This document shows positions 43,065 to 51,282 of a stretch of DNA of 64,000 nucleotides, one piece after another (the first letter of the stretch is position 1; the number at the start of each line of letters is the position of its first letter). The notes below the pieces were generated by a model. It ran no database searches. It saw nothing but the letters and a program-made list of their open reading frames with translations, and had not been told where the DNA came from. Both the position numbers and the translations under genes were made by a program. The stretch is taken from assembly GCA_949295325.1 (NCBI GenBank), contig CASFKG010000001.1:174779-238778 (forward strand), written 5' to 3'. The stretch is from an uncultured bacterium (GTDB lineage Bacteria; Bacillota_I; Bacilli_A; RFN20; CAG-826).

Positions 43065-43150
43065 TGGTGGGCCCAACAGGAATCGAACCTGCACGGGGGA
43101 TGCCCAATAGATCCTAAGTCTATCGCGTCTACCAATTCCGCCATAGGCCC
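43065..43150 (-). tRNA. tRNA-Leu (anticodon TAG), CCA encoded
   Basis: GGGCCTATGGCGGAATTGGTAGACGCGATAGACTTAGGATCTATTGGGCATCCCCCGTGCAGGTTCGATTCCTGTTGGGCCCACCA. 7-bp acceptor stem, anticodon loop CTTAGGA, long variable arm, T-loop TTCGATT. Confidence 0.9.
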
Positions 43151-43159
43151 GCGCGAGTG

Positions 43160-43188
43160 ATTATAGAGTTTGTTTGCCGCTCTATCAA
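43160..43188 (-). promoter_or_regulatory. sigma-70 promoter of tRNA-Leu
   Basis: On the minus strand, TTGATA, 17 nt, TATAAT, ending 9 nt before the tRNA 5' end. Confidence 0.65.
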
Positions 43189-43929
43189 ATGTTATTTCCC
43201 TGCCCAAGGACAATCCATTTTCGTGGCGCCACGCGGCCGGATTGCAAGCAAATGAAAGAGGCAAAAACCGCCAGCCAAGTTCTACGGCCGCTCCAATTTC
43301 GAATGGTAAAGAGTCATCAGCATCTCCGATTATTCCGGCTTCCGCGGGGACTTTTGCGTCCTTGAACAAGGAACACCCGAAGAAGGAAGATTCATAGCAG
43401 GTTTCAGCCATAGACGGCAGAAAGCTGCCTTGAGGCTTTCTCATGGAAGGCAAACGCCGTATCGCCTATCTCCTTTTCGGCTTCCTAGCGCTCGCCGTTT
43501 CAAAATCCCGCATCCAAAGAAGATCCAGGTCCCGGTCTTTTTAAGCAAATGCGAGTAGATATTCGGTATCGGGACGGCCGGCGAAGTTAGGCAATCCTAT
43601 GTTTTGGCTGAGCCGGGGAAGATAAGGAAAACTCCTCCCTTTCAAAAAGGCAATGCCCCCGATTGCCGCGGCTCCTTCCGGTATTTCGGTCGATTTGACT
43701 TCGTCGCCTTCTTTGGATTCGACTTCGCCCAAGGAAAAACCTCAAAACCGGATGAATGGCAAGGGAAGCGACTTCATCGGATGCTGGTGTTGCCTTTTTC
43801 CGTTTCTTCCGTCCTTGGCTTTAGCCGCAAGGGTGGTTTCAAGCATGCCCGATATTCGAAATTTAACGTACCTCCTCCTGCCCGTTTGCGATGGATTTTG
43901 TAAGCGCTAATTAGTAACCTAACATTAGT

Positions 43930-45186
43930 ATGAAAAGGGCGCTTACTTTATGCGGCGGAGGAAGCCTTGGCAGCTACGAAATAGGCGCGGTCGGCTATCT
44001 TGTGGAAATGGGTATGGAGTTCGATATCTATACCGGCACTTCCATCGGGGCGCTTAACGCCGCGCTTCTGGCGACCAAACCATACGAGGAAGTGGCCTCC
44101 CTCTGGAATCAGGTGACCCTGAACAAAGTCGTGAAAAACGGCTTCATTCCCGGCAAGCCCAAAAACCAGGACTGGATGAGTTACTGGCCGCGCCTAAGTT
44201 CCTTCTTCTTTGCCCTTTTCCGCCATAAGCAGGCCGACGTATCCCCGTTCATCGAATGGGCCGGGGAGGTAATAAACACCAAGGACGTGGTCGCCTGTCC
44301 CCATAAGATAGGCATCGTCGCGACCAACTTCCCCAGCCTGAAGGAAGAAGACATATTGCTAAACGAAGTGCCCGAGGAAGATATCGTCCCCTATTTGGTC
44401 GCCAGCTGTTCCGCCTTTCCCGTCCTGCCCGTCTACAAGCATAGGGGAAGGAAGTACATCGACGGGGGCTACACGAACAACCTTCCGGTCGACTTCGCCC
44501 TCCGGCTCGGCGCGGACGAGGTAATAGCCATCTTGCTCAAGGCCATCCCGGAAAAGCCGCAGCATCTCGGCCTCATGAAACTACCCAACGTCAAGGCCAT
44601 AATACCGAGCCACGAAACGGGCGGCATCTTCAACTTCACCCAGGAAAAAATGCGGGAAAACCGGGCCCTTGGCTACCTCGATGCGGCCAAGCGCTTCGGG
44701 AAATACTGGGGAAGGCTATATGCCTTCGAGAAGGACGGCGAAGTTTACAGACACGCCGGCGAATTCATGAACGAACTCGCCAAATACACGCTCGAGGACT
44801 ATTTCCTCTACGAAAACGCGATTTCGCTAGAGCCCTTCCCGCTCAACCGGCCGGTCGACGTATTTCTCCGCCCGATCGAAATCGTGGCCTCTTCCCTGAA
44901 CCTCGACTACCTTAGGCCCTACAAAGTGGCCGAGATGGTATCGACCATAAAGAAGATACTTAAGGGCGACAGATACCGGGAACTGGGCAAGGCCTTCGGC
45001 AAGAAGCTGACCTACGGCCTCGGCATACGCCAAAGCGAGGTGCCCTCCTACATGGCCTATGCCCTAAGCGTGATAGAACACAACGAATCCGACATCCCAT
45101 TAAAAAAAGCCAGCCGGGTAGATCCCCTGGCCGGCATTCTCTACCAACTAAGCCGGTACCTTTACCGCCACGGGCTCATTGAATAG
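43930..45186 (+). CDS. patatin-like phospholipase with an uncharacterised C-terminal half
   Basis: Oxyanion CGGGSLGSYEIG, nucleophile elbow GTSIG, catalytic Asp motif IDGGYTNNLPV. The remaining roughly 200 aa matched no family I recognise. Confidence 0.9.
   Translation: MKRALTLCGGGSLGSYEIGAVGYLVEMGMEFDIYTGTSIGALNAALLATKPYEEVASLWNQVTLNKVVKNGFIPGKPKNQDWMSYWPRLSSFFFALFRHKQADVSPFIEWAGEVINTKDVVACPHKIGIVATNFPSLKEEDILLNEVPEEDIVPYLVASCSAFPVLPVYKHRGRKYIDGGYTNNLPVDFALRLGADEVIAILLKAIPEKPQHLGLMKLPNVKAIIPSHETGGIFNFTQEKMRENRALGYLDAAKRFGKYWGRLYAFEKDGEVYRHAGEFMNELAKYTLEDYFLYENAISLEPFPLNRPVDVFLRPIEIVASSLNLDYLRPYKVAEMVSTIKKILKGDRYRELGKAFGKKLTYGLGIRQSEVPSYMAYALSVIEHNESDIPLKKASRVDPLAGILYQLSRYLYRHGLIE
45102..45135 (-). 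terminator. candidate intrinsic terminator antisense to the patatin 3' coding region
   Basis: On the minus strand, GCCGGCCAGGG-GATCTA-CCCGGCTGGC (imperfect, one bulge and one mismatch) followed by TTTTTTT. It lies about 40 nt downstream of the small ORF stop. Confidence 0.45.
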
Positions 45187-45292
45187 AGTCGTAGGGTTCG
45201 AACATGAGCATGGCATCTTCGAGATTGCCCGCTATTTCGTCGATCAAGGTATCTTCGTTTCGAAGGTCTTCGTTTTGATAATCGTAAAACAT
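45176..45292 (-). CDS. small acidic protein (38 aa), convergent with patatin and overlapping it by 11 nt
   Basis: MFYDYQNEDLRNEDTLIDEIAGNLEDAMLMFEPYDSIQ. AAGGAG lies 10 nt upstream of the ATG, with its own promoter and terminator. It is below the ORF-track size cutoff. Confidence 0.4.
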   Translation of the reverse strand: MFYDYQNEDLRNEDTLIDEIAGNLEDAMLMFEPYDSIQ

Positions 45293-45347
45293 AATCGTTG
45301 CGCTCCTTTCGGTCAATGTGTGTATCCTTCCTAGGAAGGAACGGGCG

Positions 45348-45375
45348 ATTATATCCGAAATCGATTCGGCGTCAA
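45348..45375 (-). promoter_or_regulatory. candidate promoter of the small convergent gene
   Basis: On the minus strand, TTGACG, 16 nt, TATAAT. A perfect 16-bp palindrome TCCTTCCTAGGAAGGA (45325-45340) starts at about +1. Confidence 0.5.
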
Positions 45376-45392
45376 ACTGAAAGCGGTTTCAT

Positions 45393-46676
45393 TCAGTCGG
45401 CCTTGGTTTTCTTCAGTTGGGCCAGATTCCCCGACCGCTTTGTCGACGAAAGCCTTTTGTACTGCTCGAGCAGGGCCTTTTCGTAGCTGGACGCGCTTCT
45501 TTGGTTAGGCACGAAGAAACGCTCCTTTTCGAAGGCTTCGGGAAGATAGGCGATTTTTTCCCATAGATCGGGCCGGTCATAGGGATACTTGTCCTCTTCC
45601 TTCAGGCTTACCGGCGTCAGTTTCAGGTAGTCCCTCACCATTGGGGGGTTCTGGCCGACGAAGTCCATGGCCTTCTGTATCGAAAGGCAGCCGGACTTCG
45701 AGTGGGGCGAAAGGCAAAGGTCCACGACCGAGTCCCCCAAGGGTATCACGGCTTCCGGAAAGCCGACCTGTTCCGCGGCCATGATGGCGAGTTGGCAACG
45801 CATCACCGCGTTCGGGTTGGCTAGACCTATGTCCTCGTAGGCGGTAACCAATAGCCTCCGCTTGATGCTGTCGAGGTCGCCGGAGGCGCAGAGCCTGGCC
45901 AGGTAATACAAAGCCGCGTCAACGTCCCTTCCCCTGATCGATTTCTGGAGGGCGCTGACGGAATCGTAATGCTCTTCCTCGTCCTTGTCGGAAGCGTAAT
46001 TGGGTACCCTTTCGATGGCCTTGAGGTCCTCTAGGCCGATTTCCTTTCCGGGAATGGAGGAAATATAGGCCTGTTCGAGGAAGTTGTAGGCGAACCTGAG
46101 ATCGCCTCCCGATAGCCTCGCGATGTATTCCAATCCTTCTTGGCTAACCGTAAGACTATCGCCATAGCCTTCCTTGCCGGCGATCGCCCTCTTCAGTCCC
46201 TCGACCACGTCCCCGTCGCTCAAGGGCTCCATTTCGAATATGCGGCAACGGGATCTTATCGCCCGGGAAAGGGATATGTAGGGATTGCTCGTGGTCGCGC
46301 CGATTAGGAAGAATGTCCCGTCTTCGACGTAGGGCAAAAGCAGATCCTGCTTGGTTTTGTCGAGCCTATGCACTTCGTCGACGATGAGTATCGCGTGCCC
46401 GAAGAGCTTGGCGTCGGCGATCTTCTCGCCCATTTCCTTCTTGTCGGTGGTAACCGCGTTGATTAGGGCGTAATGCATGCCCATGCTTCTGGCATAGGCT
46501 AAGGCGATGGTGGTCTTGCCGGTTCCCGGAGGACCGAAGAATATCATCGAAAAGGGGGTCTTCTTCTCGAGCGACTTCCTCAGGGCCCCGTCGGGGCCTA
46601 GCAGACGCTTCTGGCCGAGGACCCCGTCTAGGTCCTTCGGCCTCATGCGGAACGCGAGCGGTTCTTGATAATCCAT
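45393..46676 (-). CDS. rarA: replication-associated recombination protein A (RarA/MgsA AAA+ ATPase)
   Basis: MRPKDLDGVLGQKRL, Walker A FFGPPGTGKTT, Walker B ILIVDEVHR, and the MgsA C-terminal domain. ATG at 46676 is preferred over the 46784 ORF start. Confidence 0.92.
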   Translation of the reverse strand: MDYQEPLAFRMRPKDLDGVLGQKRLLGPDGALRKSLEKKTPFSMIFFGPPGTGKTTIALAYARSMGMHYALINAVTTDKKEMGEKIADAKLFGHAILIVDEVHRLDKTKQDLLLPYVEDGTFFLIGATTSNPYISLSRAIRSRCRIFEMEPLSDGDVVEGLKRAIAGKEGYGDSLTVSQEGLEYIARLSGGDLRFAYNFLEQAYISSIPGKEIGLEDLKAIERVPNYASDKDEEEHYDSVSALQKSIRGRDVDAALYYLARLCASGDLDSIKRRLLVTAYEDIGLANPNAVMRCQLAIMAAEQVGFPEAVIPLGDSVVDLCLSPHSKSGCLSIQKAMDFVGQNPPMVRDYLKLTPVSLKEEDKYPYDRPDLWEKIAYLPEAFEKERFFVPNQRSASSYEKALLEQYKRLSSTKRSGNLAQLKKTKAD

Positions 46677-46713
46677 CTCCGAAATTCTAGCAAAACGGGT
46701 TAAGATTTGAGGC

Positions 46714-47211
46714 ATGAAAGTCAAAAGGAAACAACCGGGCTCGAAGGACTGCCTCGTATGCGGCAAGGACAACCCTCTGGGCATCCACGCCCAGTTCTAC
46801 GAATTGGAAGACGGGAAATGCGTCTCGACGTTTGCCTTCGGCACCGTCCACCAGAGCTACCCCCACCGGACCCACGGGGGGATGATCGCCGCGGTAATCG
46901 ACGAAACGATCGGAAGGCTCCTTTGGATCGAAGACCCCAATGGCTACGGGGTAACCATGAAACTGAACATCGAATACCATAAGCCGGTACCTTACGACGA
47001 ACCGCTGAGGTGCGTCGCCTCCTTGAAGCGCATGTCGAAGATGACCTTCGAAGGCGTCGCCGAGATAAAAAACGAAAAGGGCGAAATGCTCGCCAGAGGC
47101 GATGCCCTCTACTTCCGGATGCCGGTCGACAAAATAACCGGCATCGAAAATACCGAAGTCGACGACTTCAACGTCATGATCCCCGACAACGTGAAGGACA
47201 TCGACGAATAG
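46714..47211 (+). CDS. PaaI/hotdog-fold thioesterase
   Basis: CLVCGKDNPLGIHAQF and HGGMIAAVIDETIGR, typical of PaaI-like thioesterases. Confidence 0.8.
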   Translation: MKVKRKQPGSKDCLVCGKDNPLGIHAQFYELEDGKCVSTFAFGTVHQSYPHRTHGGMIAAVIDETIGRLLWIEDPNGYGVTMKLNIEYHKPVPYDEPLRCVASLKRMSKMTFEGVAEIKNEKGEMLARGDALYFRMPVDKITGIENTEVDDFNVMIPDNVKDIDE

Positions 47212-47580
47212 GGTCTATTCGAATTCCGATTTTTCCTGGGTTTCCGCTTCCTTAACGCCCAACTGCCTGGCATAGGGGAAGGGAAGCCCTTTTGCGTACG
47301 CGGATTCGGTGACGCCTCCGATTTCCGCGTAAAGGTACTCTTTCCTCTTCGAAATCTTCTTTTCATCGAAACGGCGGCAAATTGACCGGGAATGTTTTAC
47401 TTGGCGGCGTTAAGACGTTTGCTTTAAGGGGATCGGCGGTTTGCTTGGCAAGGCAACCGGAATGGTATCCCCGGTATTTTCTCGGTCGGATTAACGGGCG
47501 TGAACGCCTTGCCCATAGCCGCCGGGTATCCGAATACAAAAATGCCCGGCCCCTATCGGGTCGGACATCCATTTCCCAAT

Positions 47581-47655
<75 letters not shown>

Positions 47656-47660
47656 ATTCG

Positions 47661-47735
47661 TGGTGGGTGCTACAGGTTTCGAACCTGTGACCTCTTCCGT
47701 GTGAAGGAAGCGCTCTCCCACTGAGCTAAGCACCC
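47661..47735 (-). tRNA. tRNA-Val (anticodon CAC), CCA encoded
   Basis: GGGTGCTTAGCTCAGTGGGAGAGCGCTTCCTTCACACGGAAGAGGTCACAGGTTCGAAACCTGTAGCACCCACCA. Anticodon loop TTCACAC. Confidence 0.92.
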
Positions 47736-47777
47736 GTGCCGTGCCGCTTGATTATAGGCTTTCCGGCCTTGCAATAG

Positions 47778-47800
47778 AAGAAAAAGTCCCTCGCGGGACT
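47778..47800 (-). terminator. hairpin plus T-run after tRNA-Ile
   Basis: On the minus strand, AGTCCC-GCGA-GGGACT followed by TTTTTCTTC. A TATAAT for the Val/Thr unit follows. Confidence 0.6.
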
Positions 47801-47811
47801 AGATTTCCTCT

Positions 47812-47888
47812 TGGTGGGCCTTGATGGGCTTGAACCAACGACCTTGCGCTTATCAAGCGCACGCTCTAACCAACTGAGCTAAAGGCCC
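47812..47888 (-). tRNA. tRNA-Ile (anticodon GAT), CCA encoded
   Basis: GGGCCTTTAGCTCAGTTGGTTAGAGCGTGCGCTTGATAAGCGCAAGGTCGTTGGTTCAAGCCCATCAAGGCCCACCA. Anticodon loop TTGATAA. One T-T mismatch in the T stem. Confidence 0.88.
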
Positions 47889-47950
47889 AACGCTAATCGC
47901 GCCTAGTAATAATATTCTCCGCGCTACCCCCTGACAAGTGGAAAATACAA

Positions 47951-47978
47951 AGCAAAAAGCCCCAGCAAGGCTGGGGCT
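47951..47978 (-). terminator. intrinsic terminator after rpsI
   Basis: On the minus strand, AGCCCCAGC-CTT-GCTGGGGCT followed by TTTTGCTTTG. Confidence 0.7.
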
Positions 47979-47991
47979 TGGATGCAGCAGC

Positions 47992-48381
47992 TTAACGCTT
48001 GCTGAACTGCGGAGCGCGGCGGGCGGCCTTTAGACCGTACTTCTTGCGTTCCTTGACGCGCGGGTTGCGGGTAAGCATGCCGGCAACCTTGAGGGCGCTT
48101 CTGTCTTCCCCGGCTTCGAGGAGGGCGCGGGCGATGCCGAGACGGATGGCACCGGCCTGTCCGGTGAAGCCGCCGCCCTTGACGAAGCAGACGATGTCGT
48201 ACTTGCCGTCGGTCCCCGTCAAGGCAAGGGGCTGCTTGAGGTCGGTGACCAAGGTGGCATAGGGCATATATTCGTTGACGTCGCGGTCGTTGACCGTGAT
48301 CGTCCCCTTGCCCTCGCTAAGGTAGACGCGGGCGACGGAGGACTTCCGGCGGCCGGTCCCGTAATACTTTTCTTTTGCCAT
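47992..48381 (-). CDS. rpsI: 30S ribosomal protein S9
   Basis: [16 protein letters not shown]...[19 protein letters not shown]...[12 protein letters not shown]...APQFSKR. Confidence 0.97.
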   Translation of the reverse strand: MAKEKYYGTGRRKSSVARVYLSEGKGTITVNDRDVNEYMPYATLVTDLKQPLALTGTDGKYDIVCFVKGGGFTGQAGAIRLGIARALLEAGEDRSALKVAGMLTRNPRVKERKKYGLKAARRAPQFSKR

Positions 48382-48390
48382 AGTGACTCC

Positions 48391-48831
48391 TTACTTGCTG
48401 AGGTCGAGGACCACGGGCTGCTGGGCAGTCTGCTGATGGTCTTTCCCTGCGTAGACGAAGAGCTTCTTGAACATTTGACGCCCAAGGGGTCCCTTCGGGA
48501 TCATGCCCCAGACGGCGCGTTCCACCATTTCGACGGGGAATTCCCTCTTCATGGTTCCGGCGCTCCTGGTCCGGAGGCCTCCGTTGTAGCCGGACACGTT
48601 GTAGTAGTTCTTCTTGTGTTCGGCGTCCCCGGTGAGCTTGACTTCCGAGGCATTGATGACGACGACATAGTCCCCGCAATCGCAATTGGGGGTGTAGATG
48701 GCTTTGTTCTTGCCCATCAGGATCATCGCGATCCGGCTGGCGAGGCGGCCGAGGGGAATTCCGGTGGCATCGACTAGATACCAGTTACGCTTTACCTCGG
48801 AGGCCTTCGCAATCGTGGTTTGACGTTGCAT
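48391..48831 (-). CDS. rplM: 50S ribosomal protein L13
   Basis: RNWYLVDATGIPLGRLASRIAMILMGKNK..YTPNCDCGDYVVVINA. Confidence 0.97.
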   Translation of the reverse strand: MQRQTTIAKASEVKRNWYLVDATGIPLGRLASRIAMILMGKNKAIYTPNCDCGDYVVVINASEVKLTGDAEHKKNYYNVSGYNGGLRTRSAGTMKREFPVEMVERAVWGMIPKGPLGRQMFKKLFVYAGKDHQQTAQQPVVLDLSK

Positions 48832-48902
48832 GTTTTCTCCTATTGCCCTAACTATCGGGATTAAACTTTACCGGGGTTTACTCTTTATAGCAGTGCGCGA
48901 TA

Positions 48903-48931
48903 AATATACGCGCGTAGGAATTGCATTTCAA
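48903..48931 (-). promoter_or_regulatory. candidate promoter of rplM-rpsI
   Basis: On the minus strand, TTGAAA, 17 nt, TATATT, leaving a leader of about 70 nt before rplM. Confidence 0.5.
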
Positions 48932-48966
48932 GGCTCATGAATATATTGGCTCGGTGGCCTAGTAAT

Positions 48967-48989
48967 CAAAAAAAGGCACCTCAGTGCCT
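48967..48989 (-). terminator. intrinsic terminator after yebC
   Basis: On the minus strand, GGCAC-TGAG-GTGCC followed by TTTTTTTT. Confidence 0.7.
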
Positions 48990-49011
48990 TTCTCGAAAAT
49001 GGTATGCCGGT

Positions 49012-49722
49012 TCAGGCATTTTCGACGTTGTGGTAGACGTTCTGGACGTCTTCACAGTCGTCCAGTTCGTCCATCATGGTCTTGAACTTCCCCAGATCCT
49101 CGTCGTTCAGCGTCACCTTCTCGTTCGCCACCATGGTCGTTTCCGCCATCTCGAACTCGGTTACGCCGATGCCGTTAAGGACTTCCTTGGCCTTTTCCAA
49201 ATCGGCCGGTTCGGTTTCCACTTCGACGTAGCCGTTTTCGTAATTGACCTGCTTCACGTCGACGTCGCCGAGGATCAAAGCCTCCTCGGCCTCGTCCCTC
49301 TTGGCTTCGTCGCCGGCGAAATCGATCACCCCGAGCATCTGGAAGTTGTAGGAGACGGCGCCCATCTTCCCGCCCTTGCGGGTGACGATGGTGCGTACCC
49401 CGACCAAGGCGCGGTTGGGGTTGTCGCTGAGTGTATCGACGATGATTAGCGATCCTCCCGGCCCGAAGAACTCGTAGCGGCCCGAGATATAGGCCGTGGC
49501 GTCCCCGCCCTTGGCCTTTTCGATGGCCCGGTCGATGACGTCCTTGGGGCAGACCTTGCGGTATTTTTCGATGGCCGAACGCAGGGCCAGGTTGCTATTA
49601 GGGTCGGGGATTCCCGACTTGGCCGCCGCGTATATTTCCTTGCTGGCACGCATGTAAACGGCGCTTTTCTTTTTGGCGGTAGCGGCCATTGCCGCCGCCC
49701 GAACCTCGAAATGTCTTCCCAT
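49012..49722 (-). CDS. yebC: YebC/PmpR family DNA-binding regulator
   Basis: MGRHFEVRAAAMAATAKKKSAVYMRASKEIYAAAKSG.PDPNSNLALRSAIEK. Typical 236-aa length. Confidence 0.92.
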   Translation of the reverse strand: MGRHFEVRAAAMAATAKKKSAVYMRASKEIYAAAKSGIPDPNSNLALRSAIEKYRKVCPKDVIDRAIEKAKGGDATAYISGRYEFFGPGGSLIIVDTLSDNPNRALVGVRTIVTRKGGKMGAVSYNFQMLGVIDFAGDEAKRDEAEEALILGDVDVKQVNYENGYVEVETEPADLEKAKEVLNGIGVTEFEMAETTMVANEKVTLNDEDLGKFKTMMDELDDCEDVQNVYHNVENA

Positions 49723-49756
49723 AATGTTCCTCTTTTTTGCGTGCCCATTATACGCC

Positions 49757-50554
49757 CTATTTGCCGGCCTTTAAGGGGCAAGTACCGATGGGCGTTAGAC
49801 CCAGTTCCCCGACAAAGTCATCGAAATAGCGGAAGGGCGAAGAGAAATAGTCCCCCGGGGAATGGGCATCTATCCCAAGCAGGCATTTCGCCCCTTTCCT
49901 TTTGGCGATTTCCCAGAAACGCCTGTCCGGATATTCGGGGTATTTCGTCCGCCTATAAGGGTTGCGGCTCCGGCCCATATTTATCTCCAATGGCATGTCC
50001 AGGGCGACCGCCGCCTCGGCTATCCGGACGCTGGCCTCCATGAACGCCTGGAGTCCCCCCGGGGTCCTAAGAGAGATGGCCATGAGGTCGGGGTGGGCGA
50101 CGTAGAGGAAGAGCCCCGACTCCATCCCCTTTATGAGGTCTTCCGCGTAGCGCCTAATGGCTTCGATCTCCCCCAGTTGCCAGTAGAAGGTGGTGTTGCC
50201 ATCCTTATCGAAAAAGCAGTGCTGCCCGAGGATCAGGTAATCGAAGCCCCGCCGGTCGAGCAGGTCGCGGTAGTAGCCGTAAAGTCCCGGCATGTACTCG
50301 CATTCCATGCCGAGGAAGACGTCCATCTTCCCCCGGTATTTTTCCTTTAGGCCGGTCACCGAGGAAATATAGCCCTCAAGTTCGCCGTATTCGCCGCGCA
50401 TGCCGGGATCGGAGACCCCTTTTATCATCGCGTGGTCGCTGAATCCCATGGAAGAGAGGCCGGAGGAGTAGGCGGCTTCCGCGTATTCCTCGTCTTCCCC
50501 ATAGGCATGGCCGCACCTTTTGGTATGGCTATGGAGGTTGAACGCCGGTTTCAT
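49757..50554 (-). CDS. PHP-family phosphoesterase (HisJ-type histidinol-phosphatase-like)
   Basis: NLHSHTKRCGHA and FSDHA metal-binding motifs. 265 aa. Confidence 0.8.
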   Translation of the reverse strand: MKPAFNLHSHTKRCGHAYGEDEEYAEAAYSSGLSSMGFSDHAMIKGVSDPGMRGEYGELEGYISSVTGLKEKYRGKMDVFLGMECEYMPGLYGYYRDLLDRRGFDYLILGQHCFFDKDGNTTFYWQLGEIEAIRRYAEDLIKGMESGLFLYVAHPDLMAISLRTPGGLQAFMEASVRIAEAAVALDMPLEINMGRSRNPYRRTKYPEYPDRRFWEIAKRKGAKCLLGIDAHSPGDYFSSPFRYFDDFVGELGLTPIGTCPLKAGK

Positions 50555-51282
50555 TTGTAGAGTACCTCCTTGAGATAGAGTCCTTCCGCGGGTGCCATGT
50601 AGGGCACCGGGCCGAGGGAAGGGTCGCGGAATCTGGCGGCTATGTAATCGGGAGTAAGTTTCCCCGCGGCGACCCTGAAGGCCACGCCCAGCATCATCCT
50701 CACCATGTAGCGCATGAAGCCGGTGGCCTTGAGTTCGATGCGGTATTCGCCGCCCTCTTCCCCGAGGCTAACGGACTTAATGGTCCTCCTATAGCCGTCC
50801 ACGTCCGCTTCCTTTCCGGTAAAGCACCGGAAGTTGTGTTCCCCCAGATACGTTTCGAGGGTTGCCCTAAGGACATCCAAATCCATCTTGAACCCCGGGA
50901 AATAGACGTATCTGGCCGAAAAAGGGTCGCTCCGGCCCAGGCGGAAGCGATAGAGGTAAACCTTAGCGACGCTCGAGTGGCGGGCATCGAAGGCGGGGTC
51001 GACCTCCCTGATGGACTTTATCGATATCGACGGGGGAAGAAGGCTGTCGGCCTCTTTCAGGAAATGCCCGCCGTCGAGTTTCCTCGGACTCTCGAAGGAT
51101 ATCACCTGCCCCAAGGCGTGTACCCCCTTGTCGGTCCGGCCGGCCCCCTTAACCGTGGTTTCCTTCCCGAGGAAGAAAGTCAGGAAGCGTTCGAGTTCCC
51201 CCTGGACGCTTTTCGTTTCCTTCTGGCGCTGGAAGCCGTTATAGGAAGAACCGTCGTAGGAGACCACCGCGGCGTATTTCAT
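50551..51282 (-). CDS. truA: tRNA pseudouridine(38-40) synthase TruA
   Basis: MKYAAVVSYDGSSYNGFQRQ and the catalytic GAGRTDKGVHA. Only the last 243 codons of the 600-aa track ORF are real. Confidence 0.92.
   Translation of the reverse strand: MKYAAVVSYDGSSYNGFQRQKETKSVQGELERFLTFFLGKETTVKGAGRTDKGVHALGQVISFESPRKLDGGHFLKEADSLLPPSISIKSIREVDPAFDARHSSVAKVYLYRFRLGRSDPFSARYVYFPGFKMDLDVLRATLETYLGEHNFRCFTGKEADVDGYRRTIKSVSLGEEGGEYRIELKATGFMRYMVRMMLGVAFRVAAGKLTPDYIAARFRDPSLGPVPYMAPAEGLYLKEVLYK

Noticed and set aside
43019-43453. 144-aa minus-strand ORF.
   Set aside because: It runs straight through tRNA-Leu (43065-43150) and that tRNA's TTGATA-17-TATAAT promoter. Any coding potential upstream of the tRNA is treated as a possible gene remnant in the findings.
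43690-43760. tmRNA-like 5' motif TGGATTCGACTTCGCCCAAGG, considered because smpB is in the window.
   Set aside because: There is no GGGG acceptor start with a G-U pair upstream. No T-arm or ACCA 3' end occurs within the following 350 nt or so, which run into the patatin CDS. The match is limited to one short motif.
47215-47400. Protein-like minus-strand frame ...EKKISKRKEYLYAEIGGVTESAYAKGLPFPYARQLGVKEAETQEKSEFE next to the tRNA cluster, and the overlapping 85-aa basic ORF 47109-47366.
   Set aside because: The protein-like frame has no ATG/GTG/TTG start and no RBS. The ATG-initiated ORF is in another frame, is extremely Arg/Lys/Pro-rich and overlaps the thioesterase gene by about 100 nt. It may be a remnant of a small gene with a frameshift, but the evidence is not sufficient.
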